From Felis catus (Eukaryota), in NCBI RefSeq assembly GCF_018350175.1, contig NC_058368.1, forward strand, positions 68,636,001 through 68,700,000: a stretch of 64,000 nt of DNA. The letters are read 5' to 3'. The position numbers and the translations under genes are program-made. Below, one piece after another: positions 47,791 to 60,379 of this stretch (position 1 is the first letter of the stretch; every line of letters starts with the position of its first letter). The notes below the pieces were generated by a model that saw nothing but the letters and a program-made list of their open reading frames with translations, was not told where the DNA came from and searched no databases.

Positions 47791-50700
47791 GCGACCATTC
47801 TCAGAACTTCCAAGCACGGTTTGTTAATGCTTTCTCCATGGGAATGCACTTTACTGAGACACTAACCATTGGGATTGTTAGAATTTACATTCCTATCTGT
47901 ACAACTAATTAACCTGAAATTTTGTTAAGTGTTGCTACCGTGCCATATTAACTGGTTTCTCCTAGCACAGTGCCTGGCGTACAGAGGTACTTAATAAATA
48001 CAGAATGAGCCAATGAATGAGCAATTGAGGTTAATGCAAAAGGCAAAAACAATTAAATACTTAATGACGAGTCTGGGTGAGGCAGCAGCCATAGCACAAA
48101 GGGAGGGGTAGAAATGGCAACAGTGCAGGTATTTCCACTGTGCTGTAGCCTAACAGAAACTTTTTCAAAGTATTGCATTAATTTTTATATCTTCCCTAAA
48201 AGAGGGATCCCAAGTTGGACAAATTTTTACAATTACAATGGTGATTAATTTTCCCAGTTCCTAATAATGCCAGGGGGAAGTATGGCTCTAAGTTCTAGGA
48301 AACCTGATTTTGTCCTGATGTGATCCCATCAATGCTCAGGTCTCCCAGACCACTATGAAGGTGCGGTGTGGGCCTCCTGGGGGCAAAATCAGGCAGTTCT
48401 CCCTTGTTCCCACACTTAGAAAAAGAAAACAAGCTCTATTTCCAAAACAAACTCTAAGGAGCAATGCAAAAACGTAGCCTGAGGGAAATGAAGAGAAATG
48501 AAGGGTTTTAAAATAATCCCTTAAAGGGGGAAATGTCACCTTAATTTAATTGAGGCTTTGCTATTACATTTCTTCTATCTGTGACACAGTTAAAGTCTAT
48601 TATCTAAAGCACTGACCCAAGATGAGCTACTTTTTCTTAAAAAAAAAAAAAAAAAAAAACCCTTCCTGACATCATTTTCCAATGTCTTTTGTGAGTCCTT
48701 TGGTTCTGAATTAATTATTCAGAGGAAAGCAGAGTAAATCAGAATTTTGGTTGGAAGGCTTGGGGCATGAGTGGTTTGAAAAGCATATTCAACATTGTAA
48801 TACAGATTTACTCCTAGAAAAAAATTAATATTTTAATACTACAAATTATAGAAAGAAAGCAAAGAGTGACAAATCCTCACCAGTAGGGACATACAAAAGA
48901 TAGACATCTGAGTACCAGCAACTCGCCTGCAGTAGGGATATTCCCCAAGGAGGGATGCTATTTATCAGTTTTGAACTTGAGCACCATGTAATATATTTAT
49001 GCTTGTTGAAAAGAGGCATGTACTTTAAAAAGGTTACCACCATGTCTGATATTCTCATTTTCTCTTTGTATAAATCACACTATCCGTGACATATAGGATC
49101 CACCTGTGGATATCAAGAGCCTTGAAATCTGTTCCCAAACCTGAGAGCCTATTACTTTGGATAGACTTCCTCCATCATTGAAATCGTGTGTGGCCCTTAT
49201 AGTTACTGCTTATCAATGTTTTAAGACAAATCACTAGAAGCCCTTTCTAATCACAGGGGATAATTGCTATGTAAACCCGAAGTAACATTTTGTTAGAGTT
49301 TTAACAGGAGAGGAGAAAACACTGCATGAGTCTCTTTGGAATATGAAAACTGTATTCCATGTTGATTAAAGATATTAGTAGGGGCAGACACGGTGATTTT
49401 TAGCTTAGGTGATTCATTGTTCAGGACATTTTCTCCCAAAATAAATGAATTATCAGGGAGCATATAAATCATAGGAATTCCAACAGACTCTTTTTGAGAG
49501 TCTGGTTCTAACGTGGCCATGGTCTTACCATAGAGGATGGCTTTCACTCTACCTCAGTTTCAAGTGTGGATGAGACAGGTAGTAAAGCACGGGACATCCA
49601 TATTCTGTGTCAGTTCTTTCCTCCTCTGAGTACTTCTGACTGCATTACTTGAATGAGAACCCCAGAAACTTGAAGGATGTACTAGCCTGAAGGTCTCTTC
49701 TACCCCACTTCTCCACATTGGGCTCTGCTACCTGTTACAAAGTTAAGAGAATGCCTTGAATTCACCCAACACAGAGTAAGTGACTAATCACATTTTTTTG
49801 GATTAATAAGTGAATATTAACATATCAGGCAGATACCTGCCTATATTAAGAACAGTAATTAAAGAACAAAATAACAATCATTCAATTTGAAATCTCAGGA
49901 ATTACGGCCAGGAACCAAAATAACAAATCAAGCAGAACATATATAGGAGAGTACCTTTTGTTTAAAGAGGTAACTAAATCGAATCTCTTAATTGTAATAT
50001 TCACCCACGTGCTACATAAAGGTGCCATTGTCATTGTCCAAACACAGGGAGATGAATTAACCGTCTATTTTTTAAGTAGATCTGAGAAACAGGAACCATA
50101 AAGTAGAATTTCTTATAGGAAAACCTAAAAGGTAAAGGGAATAAAGCATTAAAGACAAAAATTATAGGGAATTAATTCCTTTTGTTTATATATGGGTATT
50201 TCATTGTTTTCAAAAAGGAAAATTAATCTCAAATTGGACTCACATATTGTATTTTATATTTTTATAAACCAGCTTATCTAGCACATTTGAAACAGGTTAT
50301 AGCTGCATTTTATTTTAATTATAAAGTTGGGTTTTAAGTAAAGGGTTTCATTCTGTATGGATCAGAGACATGGTATTAGAAGTCACGTTTCCCCCATCTT
50401 GTGTCCCAGTGAGTAGAGATCATTTTGAAAAACAGAAAATGAAATTTGAGTAATGAGGGCATTCTACCACATTTTAGAAAATGTGTGTATCATTTTTCCC
50501 TTAACCTATATATTTGTCAAATTTTAAATTGATTAATTTCTTGCCATATTCATGTATACTGTGGCAAGGGGGAAAGGGGGAAGCTTTACAATTTTTGCTG
50601 GTGTGTGCTTTAACTAAAAATAAAAAAATAAGTGGTCTAGAAGTTTAAAAAGATCAGCTTCAAGCCTCATCAAACACAACTAATTCCTAAATTAACTTTT

Positions 50701-50799
50701 GTTTCCCTTGTGGTTCCCCAGAATTGTCAACAATGGAGAGCAATGAAGAAAGAACAGATAGTATGTCAACAAAAGAGACTAGAAATATTACACAAATAG

Positions 50800-51030
50800 T
50801 GCACTCACTATCCCCACCTCCCTTCCCTACTTTGTTTTCTCCTATTGAACTTGCTGTCTTCTAACATTCTATGTAATTTTAAATTTTGTTTAATGTCTTG
50901 TCCCCTACTTGAAAGTAAGCTTCATGAGGGCATGGATTTTTGCATGTTTTATTTTCTGATGCATCTTTAGTGTTCACACAGTCCTGGCACATAGTAAACA
51001 TATCATAAGTACTTGTTGAATTAATGAAGG
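50800..51030 (+). mobile_element. L2 3' end
   Basis: gtaagcttcatgagggca...cctggcacatagta...acttgttgaattaatgaa. Confidence 0.75.
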
Positions 51031-51727
51031 ATCTCAGCTATCCTGCAAACACATAACAGCTCAGAGCCCCGATTTTCTGTCAGTGTTTAGTTAGAACAGA
51101 ATGTGGTGCGGTGTTTTCTCAAGGACTGTTAGGTCATGCTTTATGGAAGCAATAAACTGAATAGCATTGCTATGGCACTTACGCAATTTACAAAGTGCTT
51201 TCTTATGCATCGTCTTATTTGGTTTCCCAGAAGCCTCTTAGGGGGCTCTCTTCTATTCTCACTATGTACAAAGGAGGTTACTGAGTCTCAGACAGGTTAA
51301 AGGATTTGTCCCAAAACATCAAAGACAGGAAATGCTAAAACCCAGATGGGAAGCTGTGCCCTTGGAGGGCAAAGATTATCTACTTTCTGGATTCCTCTCT
51401 GGCATGTGCAGGCTGCACCCAAGCTGCTCTCTCTGCAGCATCCCTGTAAATGGCCATTTCTGTGACCAATGACTTTCTATCATAAGTATATCTAGGTCAG
51501 ATTGGTGAATGCTTCATAACTTCGGGTAATTCTTACTTGACAGCCATGTTCTTGTAGTTCTTATTGGACACTAACTACTCTATCAAATCAAATAGGGGGG
51601 ATAATTATTTCAGGTGGTTTCATTTTCTTTCATTCATCGCCCATAACAAGCAACCAAAAGCATAGTATATAGCAGTGTGTCAGACACTCTGTTAGACACT
51701 AAGAACCGTGATGGACAAGAAAAGCTT

Positions 51728-51898
51728 TTATTTATTTTTTAAAGTTCATTTATTTATTTTGAGAGAGAGAGTCCCAAGCAGGCTCCATGCTGTCAGCACA
51801 GAGCCCGACATGGGGCTCCATCTCACAAACCGTGAGATCATAATTTGAGCTAAAATCAACAAGCGGATGCTTAACCAACTGAGACACCCAGGTGCCCC
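51728..51898 (-). mobile_element. Can-SINE
   Basis: Reverse SINE ending caggtgcccc; degenerate TSD agaaa(a/g)gctttta. Confidence 0.93.
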
Positions 51899-51904
51899 TA
51901 ACCA

Positions 51905-54515
51905 GAAAGGCTTTTAAAACTTGATGGTTTCCATGATAAAAACTCTTGGTAAACTAGGCATAGAGAGAAATCTCCTCAACGTGGGAAGGAACATCTACAA
52001 AAAAACCATGTAGCTAATATCCTACTTAATGATGAGAAACTGGCAGCTTTCCCACTAAGATAAGAAACAAGGCAAGGATGCCCCCTCTCACCCACCATTT
52101 AACATTGTGCAGGAAGTTCTAGCTCATGCAGTAAGGCAGTAAAAGGAAATAAAGGTATACTCATTGGGAAGGAAGAAATTGAATGGCTGTTCAGAGATGA
52201 CGGGACTATCTCTGTAGAAAATCTGAAAGGATCAACAAAAAAGAAAACTCTTGGAACTAATAAGCAATTGTAACAAGGTTGCAGGATACACAGTTAATGT
52301 ACAAAAGTCCATCACTTTCCTATATACCGGCAATGAACAAGTGAGGTTGAAAGCTAAAAATGCAACACCATTTATATTAGCAAACCCCAAAATGAAATCC
52401 TTTGGTACAACTCTGACAAAATAAGTACAAGATCTATATGAAGAACACTAAAAAGCTCCGACAAATGAAATCAAAGAACTAAAATAATAGATAGTCCCTG
52501 TTTATACATGAGAAGACTCGGTATTGTCAAGATGTCATTTCTTCTCTATTTTGTCTGTAGATTCAGTGCAATCCCGTGATAATGTCAGCAAGTTATTTTT
52601 GAATATCAACAAAATGACTCTATGTGGAGAGGCGAAAGACCCCGAGCAGGCAGCCAATACAATACTGAAGGGGAAGAACAAAGTTGGAGAACTGACACCA
52701 CATGACGTGAAGACCTGCCAGAAAGCTAAGGCAATCGAGACAGTACGGTACCGGTGAAAGAACAAATAAATACATGAATAGAGAGCCCAGAAACAGATCT
52801 CCATGAATCTGGTCAACTGATCTTTGACAAAGAAACAAAAGCAATACGACAGAGCAAAGATAGTTGTCAACAAATGATGCTGAAATAACTAGCTATCCAC
52901 ATGCATGCAAAAACAAAAAGAATCTAGACACAGACTTTATACCCTTCGAAAATATTAATTCATGGGGCGCCTGGGTGGCTCAGTCGGTTAAGCGTCCGAC
53001 TTCAGCTCAGGTCATGATCTCGCAGTCCGTGAGTTTGAGCCCCGCGTCGGGCTCTGTGCTGAATGCTCAGAGCCTGGAGCCTGTTTCAGATTCTATGTCT
53101 CCCTCTCTCTGCCCCTCCCCTGTTCATGCTCTGTCTCTCTCTGTCTCAAAAATAAATAAACGTTAAAAAAATTAAAAAAAATATATTAACTCACAATGGA
53201 TCACAGATCTAGAAGTAAAATGCAAAACTATAAAACTCCTAAATAATAACATAGGAGAAAGCCTAGATGAACTTAGGCACAGTAATGACTTCTTAGATAC
53301 AAAACCAAAGATACAATCCATGAAAGAAATAACTTATAAGTTGGGCTTCATTAAAATTGAAAACTTCTGCTCTGAGAAAGACCATATCAAGAGAATGAGG
53401 AGACAGGCCACACACTGAGAGAAGGTATTTGCAAAAGACATATCTGATAAAGGACTGTCATCCAAAATATGCAAAAAAAAAAGTCTTAAAACTCAAAAAT
53501 AAGAAAACTCAAATTCTTTGGCCCAATTAAAAAATGGGCCAAAGGCCTTAACAGACATACAGATGGCAAGTAAATACATGAAAATATGCTCCCCGTATGT
53601 CATCACATATGTCATCAGGGAAATGTAACTTAAAACACAATGAGATACAACTGTACACTTGCTAGAATGTCCAAAATTGAGACCACTGACAACACCAAAT
53701 GCTGATGAGGACGAGGAGCAAACAGGAACTCTAACACATTAGTTGAGGGAATGCAAAACGGTACACTTTGGAAAACAGTTTGGTATTTTCTTATAAAACT
53801 AAACCAACTCCTACCATGTGATCCGGCAGTCGTGCTCCTTGGTATGTATCCAAAGGACCTGAAAACTTAAATCCACACAAAACCCTGCGTATAGGTATTT
53901 ACAGCAGCTTTATTCATGACTGCCAAAACTTGTAAGCAACCAAGTATCCTTCAATAAGTGAATGAATATATAAACTGTGGTATATCCAGATGATGGGATA
54001 TCATTCTGCTCTAAAAAGGAACGAGCTATCAAGCCACAAAAAGACCTGAAGTAACCTTAAAAGCGTGTTACTAAGTAAAAGAAGCCAATCATGTGTAGTG
54101 TATGATTCCAATTATATGACATTCTGGAAAGGCAAAACTATGGAGACAGTAAAAAAGATCAGTTATTGCCAAGGGTTGATGGAGAAAGGGAAAGATAAAT
54201 ATTCCAAGGGCAGAGGATTTTTTTAGGGCAGCGAAACTGCTCTGGATGATACTATAATGGTGGACAACACATGCCATTACATATTTATCCAAACCCATAG
54301 AATATACAATATCAACAGTGAACCCTAATGTAAACTATGGGGATAATGATATGTCATTGTGAGTTCATCAATTAAGACAACTGTACCACTCCATGGAGGG
54401 TACTGATAGTGGAGGCTATAAATGTGTGTGGGTTAGGAGTATGTGGGAAAACTCTATGCCTGCTCTTCAGTTTTGCTGTGGACCTAAAACTGCTCTAAAA
54501 AAAATAAAGTCTTAA
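51905..54515 (+). mobile_element. L1MC-type: decayed 3' part of ORF2 plus 3' UTR
   Basis: ORF2 hallmarks (aacaaggcaaggatgcccc, aaggttgcaggatac, aaacttctgctctg) with many stops and frameshifts; 3' end aaacccatagaa...gtgaaccctaatgtaaactatgg...ctctaaaaaaaataaag. Confidence 0.92.
52964..53182 (+). mobile_element. Young Can-SINE (SINEC_Fc) inside L1
   Basis: Near-consensus copy with CpGs retained; flanks atattaa(t/c)tca. Confidence 0.97.
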
Positions 54516-54768
54516 TACACACACACACACACGCACGCACCTACAATATGATGGTTTCAATTCTACCTATCCGTGTTTGGGCATTTCCCCAAATGTTCTC
54601 AGTCAGGGATAAATCAGGTTAGAAATTTTGCAGAAACAAAATTTCTCTGCTTTCATAGTTTTCTGAGAAAACTCGAGGTGGCTGAAACCAAACATATTAC
54701 TGTATTTTGAAAGTCTTCCGTGTCCCCAAATAGCATCATGAATACAAAATGACCATATATTGTCTTTT

Positions 54769-54957
54769 TTTTTAGTGTTTATTTATTTTTGAGAGAGACA
54801 GACAGGGCATGAGCAGGGGAGGGGCAGAGAGGGAGACACAGAACCCGAAGCAGACTCCAGGCTCTGAGCTTTGACACGGGGCTCGAACCCATGAACTACA
54901 AGATCATGACTTGAGTTGAAGTCGGACACTTAACCGACAGAGCCATCCAGGCGCCCC
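54769..54957 (-). mobile_element. Can-SINE
   Basis: TSD ccatatattgtctttt at 54753-54768 and 54956-54971. Confidence 0.96.
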
Positions 54958-55609
54958 ATATATTGTCTTTTGTGTTTAAAGTTCTCCATCTTTTTGGTGT
55001 TTATGGTTTGTATGTGAAAAGATCAAGGTAGAGGGTCTAATAACAGGACCAACAGTCTTCTTTTTATCCTGCTCTTACGTCCCATTTATGACTAGGGCCG
55101 CCCTTCCCAAACCTTTCCTGGTGAATATGAGTAACAAGACCTGCCCTGTTTTACTGGGCTGCTGATGGGCTGGTGTTCTGGGAGGTTATTTCCCTAAAAT
55201 GCTGCATATTGTTTGATGTCACCTTTCAGCATGAAACTCAAAAGGTGCGTTCAGTTTTACAACTTTAACCCTAATAAGATGGCTTTCACTTAGCACATTT
55301 TGGAAAAGAAATGCAATTGCTACTAAAGAAGCTTCTGGTCATTTTTACTCATGTTGCCACCACATCTTCGCAACAGCCACCTACAATATTAGAACTCCAA
55401 GTCTGAAGTGCTCACTGTGCTAACAGTGGCTGTTCTGGTCATTCTGACACTACACGTCATAGGCTTATCCTGACTCCTTTCATTTTAGGATATCGATAGG
55501 ACATCGATATCTTATTTGTCTGAGTTCATCCTAAATTCTAAGTGCTACCATATAGTTATGAGTTACGAGTTTGTGATGTTATTTCAAGGGCGTGTGTGTG
55601 AATGATACT

Positions 55610-56100
55610 AGTAAATATCACTCCCATTTATTGAGTGCCAACTATGAGCTAGCCATTATGCTTGGTACTTTACATGTGCTATCTCATTAAAAACTCCCAG
55701 TAATAATTATGGGACATAATTATCCCCAAAATAAATAAGTCTCTTGCCTGAGGTTGCAAGTGGAAGTGCTAGATCCAAATGTTGGTTTGTCTGATCTCAA
55801 GGCCTACATAAGACTGTCTCTCTATTCCAACTGCAGGATTTTCTCCAGAGTTCAACCATGCCCCCTTACTTATAATAACAGTTAATACGTAGCACTTGGC
55901 ACTTGTCATGAGCCAGACACTGTTCGTGCTTTATTTTATGTCATTTAATACTCATAAGTGGGATAGGTGCCATTATTATAACTGAGGAAATTGAAACGTA
56001 GAGTGGTTAAGGATCTTGCCGAAAGTCACACAGCTTGTAAGTTATAGAACTGAAATTTGCGATCAGAAAACCTATTGCCAGAGGCTGGCTGATAACCACT
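55610..56100 (-). mobile_element. Two tandem MIR fragments
   Basis: catttattgagtgccaactatg...; actgaggaaattgaaac...gttaaggatcttgccgaaagtcacacagcttgtaag. Confidence 0.7.
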
Positions 56101-56215
56101 ATGTTATATTGGCTTTTCAGTTGAACAAATACCTTTGAAGACAGTTCTGCAAAAGCATTAGAACTGTAAAATTTTTCTTTGAAACTACCAAAATGTGATT
56201 CATGTGTATCCACAG

Positions 56216-56219
56216 TACA

Positions 56220-56257
<38 letters not shown>

Positions 56258-56304
56258 GTACACACATGCACACACACACACACACACACACTCACACACA
56301 CACA
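56216..56304 (+). repeat. Compound (CA)n microsatellite
   Basis: Directly visible. Confidence 0.95.
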
Positions 56305-57442
56305 GATGTTTCCATACTTCACACCCCTTTCTTGAAGTCTTCACCATATGACTCATTTAAGGTTTGAAACTTACTAAGCTGAATATATCCCATCTGTCTA
56401 CAGAGACTACATCTAGAATTGTGCCCCCTTTCCCACCAGACAAATCTACACAGATTCCTGTGGGCACTGAGCCAAACAAGATTAAAAGGAGAATCAACCT
56501 GTGTGCAATTCATTTTTAGCCTGCCCCCTCGTTTTCGTCGGTCCATTCCAGGATGAGCGGGGGGAGATCCAGAATCACAGACAGGAACCCAAGGCATGAT
56601 GCTCCCCGGGTACTGTCTGACAGTCAACTGTGTGACCTCTGAATGGTCCTGCTCTCGTTCCAGTGTCCTCTTCCACCGACCCCTGGGCACATTCCTCTCT
56701 TCTGTTTTGTTCTCCACGTAAAATGCTAGCGATCTATTTAGGGCAGCACTCTGATTTGGATGTCAAATAAAACTGATTGATTTTATGATTCTGTAAAGGT
56801 TACCTCAAAAGGTGAAATGGTTTCTGCTGCAGAAGAGCACCCATAAATTCAAGCTATTTGTGACAAGCCTTGTTCCACAGTAGGAAGATGGATTCTTGGG
56901 TCTGCATCTAATCTAGACATGATAGCAAATTTTCCACTGGAGTTGGCTCGGGGGCTCAGGCTTTTTAGATATCAGTGAAGCTTACATATGTGAAGACAGT
57001 GTGGCTAAGTGAGAATTCATTGTCAGTTGTTCCTAGGGCAGTACCACGAGATCGAAGAAGGAAATCACCATGCTATCCTGCTGGCCAAATGAAACAGCAC
57101 ACCCCACACCCATTGGTTACCTCACTGCCATCAGTTAAGAGCCCTGGAACATGTTGCCTCCAAATGACTGAGAAAGTCAGTGTGTGACCAGAAGTCTTCC
57201 AACCCTCTCAGCTCTCCCAAAGCTCCAGGAGTGCAAAGAGTTCTCTTGTTTGATGTCATAGAGTGAATGCTCAAAAAAGTAAAGTCAAATGAGTACATGA
57301 ATTGCATGAAATCTTTGATACATCTTGAATTTCTGAGTATCCTCAAGACTCTTTGGGACTCTTGGCCCAGCAAGTGGAGGAAGGGAGCAATGAGCAATGG
57401 TGACCACAGTAGGAAACTCGGGAAGAAAAAGGATGGATGCAC

Positions 57443-57443
<1 letters not shown>

Positions 57444-57494
<51 letters not shown>
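57444..57494 (+). repeat. (GT)n(GC)n alternating purine-pyrimidine repeat
   Basis: Directly visible. Confidence 0.95.
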
Positions 57495-57495
<1 letters not shown>

Positions 57496-58499
57496 TCTTG
57501 TCTTAGAAGTAATGTAACGATGGGTAGATGGGCTCTGGAGCATACTAATCTAAAGCAAGATGATCCACTGAGCATGTTTACTTACCATTCCTGTCATCCT
57601 AAAATAACTATCAAAGGCACGACAAGAGGGAAAACTGGAAGTTACTTAGATACATGGAGTGAGGAAACAGAATGAAATTACTGTTTATATGCCAAGCACT
57701 ACGTTAGGCTCTTCCTGGGATCGTCCTCTCCATTGTGCAGAATTAGCCGGCACAGGGCAGGCAGTGTGGAATGAGGCTGAATGACCTCGTGCACGATGGC
57801 TGGCAGGGTAATGACTCCATCCTGGTCTTTGGCTGCAGTTGCTACCCTTGAATCTTACCTACCAGGTTCAGGCCCACACTGCCGCTTGCCAGTCTGCCCT
57901 GCTCTCTCTTTACTCCTTATGGCGTAAGCCAGACCATATCAATATCCAAGTCAGACTGTGTCACTCTTCCTTAATTACTTGAAGTGACACCAGAAAACCC
58001 CAAGATCGGGCCCTTGCACTTCCTGTCCTCCTCTAAGGCCGCTCCCCAACCTCCCACTTGCCCTCTCCGCCTTATAGCTCCCCACATGCAGCAGGATATT
58101 TCTCACCACCATGCCCTGGCTATTCTGTCACCCATTTCTGGAATTTCACCCCCCCCCCCATCTCTGTCTGGCTTAGAATCATTCAGCACTTAGCTGAGGC
58201 CTCAGTTCCTGCAGGAATCTTGTCCAATTCTCACGCTGATTTAGGGACCCTCCATTATGTTTCCACACTCTAAATTCCTGTGCCATAAAAACTTGCCACA
58301 TTATGTTAAAATAGTCTTCTTATATCATCTATCTCACTACTTTTAAATTCCTTAAAGGCAAGGGCCACATGTGACGCATTTTTGTATCCACAGAGCTTTG
58401 TGTGCAGTGCTTGTAATAAAGTGAATTTTTTAAATTGCTGTGTAAAACAATAGAAAAGGGAATTTTTTTTAGTAGAGTAGAAATGTCATCATAAGCCGC

Positions 58500-58950
58500 T
58501 TCTGGAATGATACAGGTGGGTGGTTGGGGGATGTGAGAGAAGTCAGGCTTACAAGAGGAAACAGGAGAGCGCTCAGAAAGGAGGCTTCAAATCCCACCTC
58601 TGCGGCCACATACTTATCACTGTCACGGACTACATCCAGCCAATGACGGAAGATTTCAGGGGTATGAGCCTGCCCGGGGACTCTTCCAACAGGCAAGCTT
58701 GCTCAGGGACTTCCAACAGCCTGGCCAAGATGTTCCTACAACTGTACTGTGATCTTGGACTCTTCTTATCCACTCCTTCCTTTCCTGTCTCCTGCCACCA
58801 GCCACCAGACCTGCACTGTGGTCTGGTGGCTCTTTGTGCCTATCCCACCCTATCCTCCATCCTTCAAAGGTGCTCCCCCCCCACCCCCACCCCATTACAT
58901 CCGTCGCACATCTAATCCTGTCCTGAGATCTCTTCTCAGAGGATCTGTAC
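58500..58950 (+). mobile_element. ERVL LTR (LTR16-like)
   Basis: cagccaatgacgga...cagacctgcactgtggtctg...gcacatctaatcctgtc...ttctcagagga. Confidence 0.7.
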
Positions 58951-59950
58951 TGGAAAAGGGGTACTCAGGGCGGTCTCAGAGAACAGGTGCTACAGTGGGG
59001 CTTGGAGACCAGCGCATTCACCACCTGGCTGGCAAGGAGAACCCCACCTTGGGTGGAGCATGTGTAGTCCCTGCCATGAGGTGGTGGCCCTGTGCTGAAG
59101 ATTTCACTGATGGTGACCCATAAAAATGTCTCAGTAGAAGTGAGTGCCCTTTGCAATGATTCAAGATAATCAGGTATTTAAAAGCTAAGAGGAACTAATG
59201 CCCACAAACACAGCAGAGTTGGCTAATAAGCACTGATTTGTATTGGCACCTCATAGAGGGATGGTGAGAAACTGAAGATTATAACCACATAGGTAAAGGC
59301 TAAATGTGAGAGGTGGAGAGACTCTGGCAGCTTATAAAGAGGCCCTTATCTTGCTGCAGTTGAAGAGTGGACAGAGCTAAGGAGCAAACTCAAGAGTTGC
59401 CAACCTCCAGAGATGCTTAAATGCAACCCAAGCCGTGCTGGTTATGCTAAGTTCAGGGCTATGGTTAGGGAAATCTGAAACTTTGAAACATGGGATGGGG
59501 CTATCTGGATGGATCACCCCAAAGGTTTTGGCTCTGCTGATACCCTTGGACTCCCAGAACCTTCTGAACCCTCCCATTTCTAGTAAAAGCTATTACTTCT
59601 GCCATGCTGAGGACACTGCGGAGGCTTTTCCATTTCCTGCCTGCTAGGTGGATACCTCCAGTTAAATCCCAGCATAACCTGGCTGGAGACACACTGGGTC
59701 TAAAAAGGGAGGGAAGAAGTTTCTCACCAAGGAGCTGAAAGAATTAGCTAGTGTGTACTGGAAGGAGCTAGCCCAACATGGATGCTTGGGATTAGAATTT
59801 GAGGGTGATTGATCAAGGAGGCCAGAGTAAATCTGGGTAAGCAAGATTACATTGATTTGGGGGTACATTCTTGCAACACAGGATTAAATACTCTGTCCAG
59901 GATCCCAGGGGTTGGGGTAAACTCGGTGTTAGATAAGCCTGAGTATGTGT
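58951..59950 (+). mobile_element. ERVL internal region: leader + decayed gag
   Basis: 59446-59508 translates AKFRAMVREI*NFETWDGAIW (cf. ERV-L gag KVRALIGKEWDPxxWDGDxW); about 59728-59862 gives KELKELASVY...LRVIDQGG...YIDLG across frameshifts. Confidence 0.8.
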
Positions 59951-60379
59951 TGGGTTTCCCTGGCAGATGTCAGAGGAAGGCATAGAAGACTGGAGTGTAG
60001 GCCCAAAGTCTCTTTTGAGGTTTCTTCTCCTCTAGAGGGTTCAGAGGACGGCAACAGTCACCTAAGCCATCAGGAATGCACTTTCAGGAGGGTAAATGGT
60101 GTCACCAAGAAGTGCAACTTGCACTGTATAAGAATTTGCAAGTGCTTCGAGGGGAGAAGTTCCAAAGAATGCAAGGTTTATCTCTAAATGTTTCTCTTCT
60201 CTCAGAGACCTTGGTCCCTCAAGTCCTCGACGCCTTAGTAGCCTTCCGATACAACCCAGCAGATGTTTTATGTATATTGTCATTTTTTTCACTTATACTT
60301 AGTAGAAGATTAGTCTTCAATGATCTACTTATTCTTCATAGAAGTGATGTCCCTCCAGACAGCACTCTTTAGTACCTAA

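Noticed and set aside
49293..49547. 84-aa minus ORF with protein-like composition
   Set aside because: No recognisable homology and no supporting splice sites
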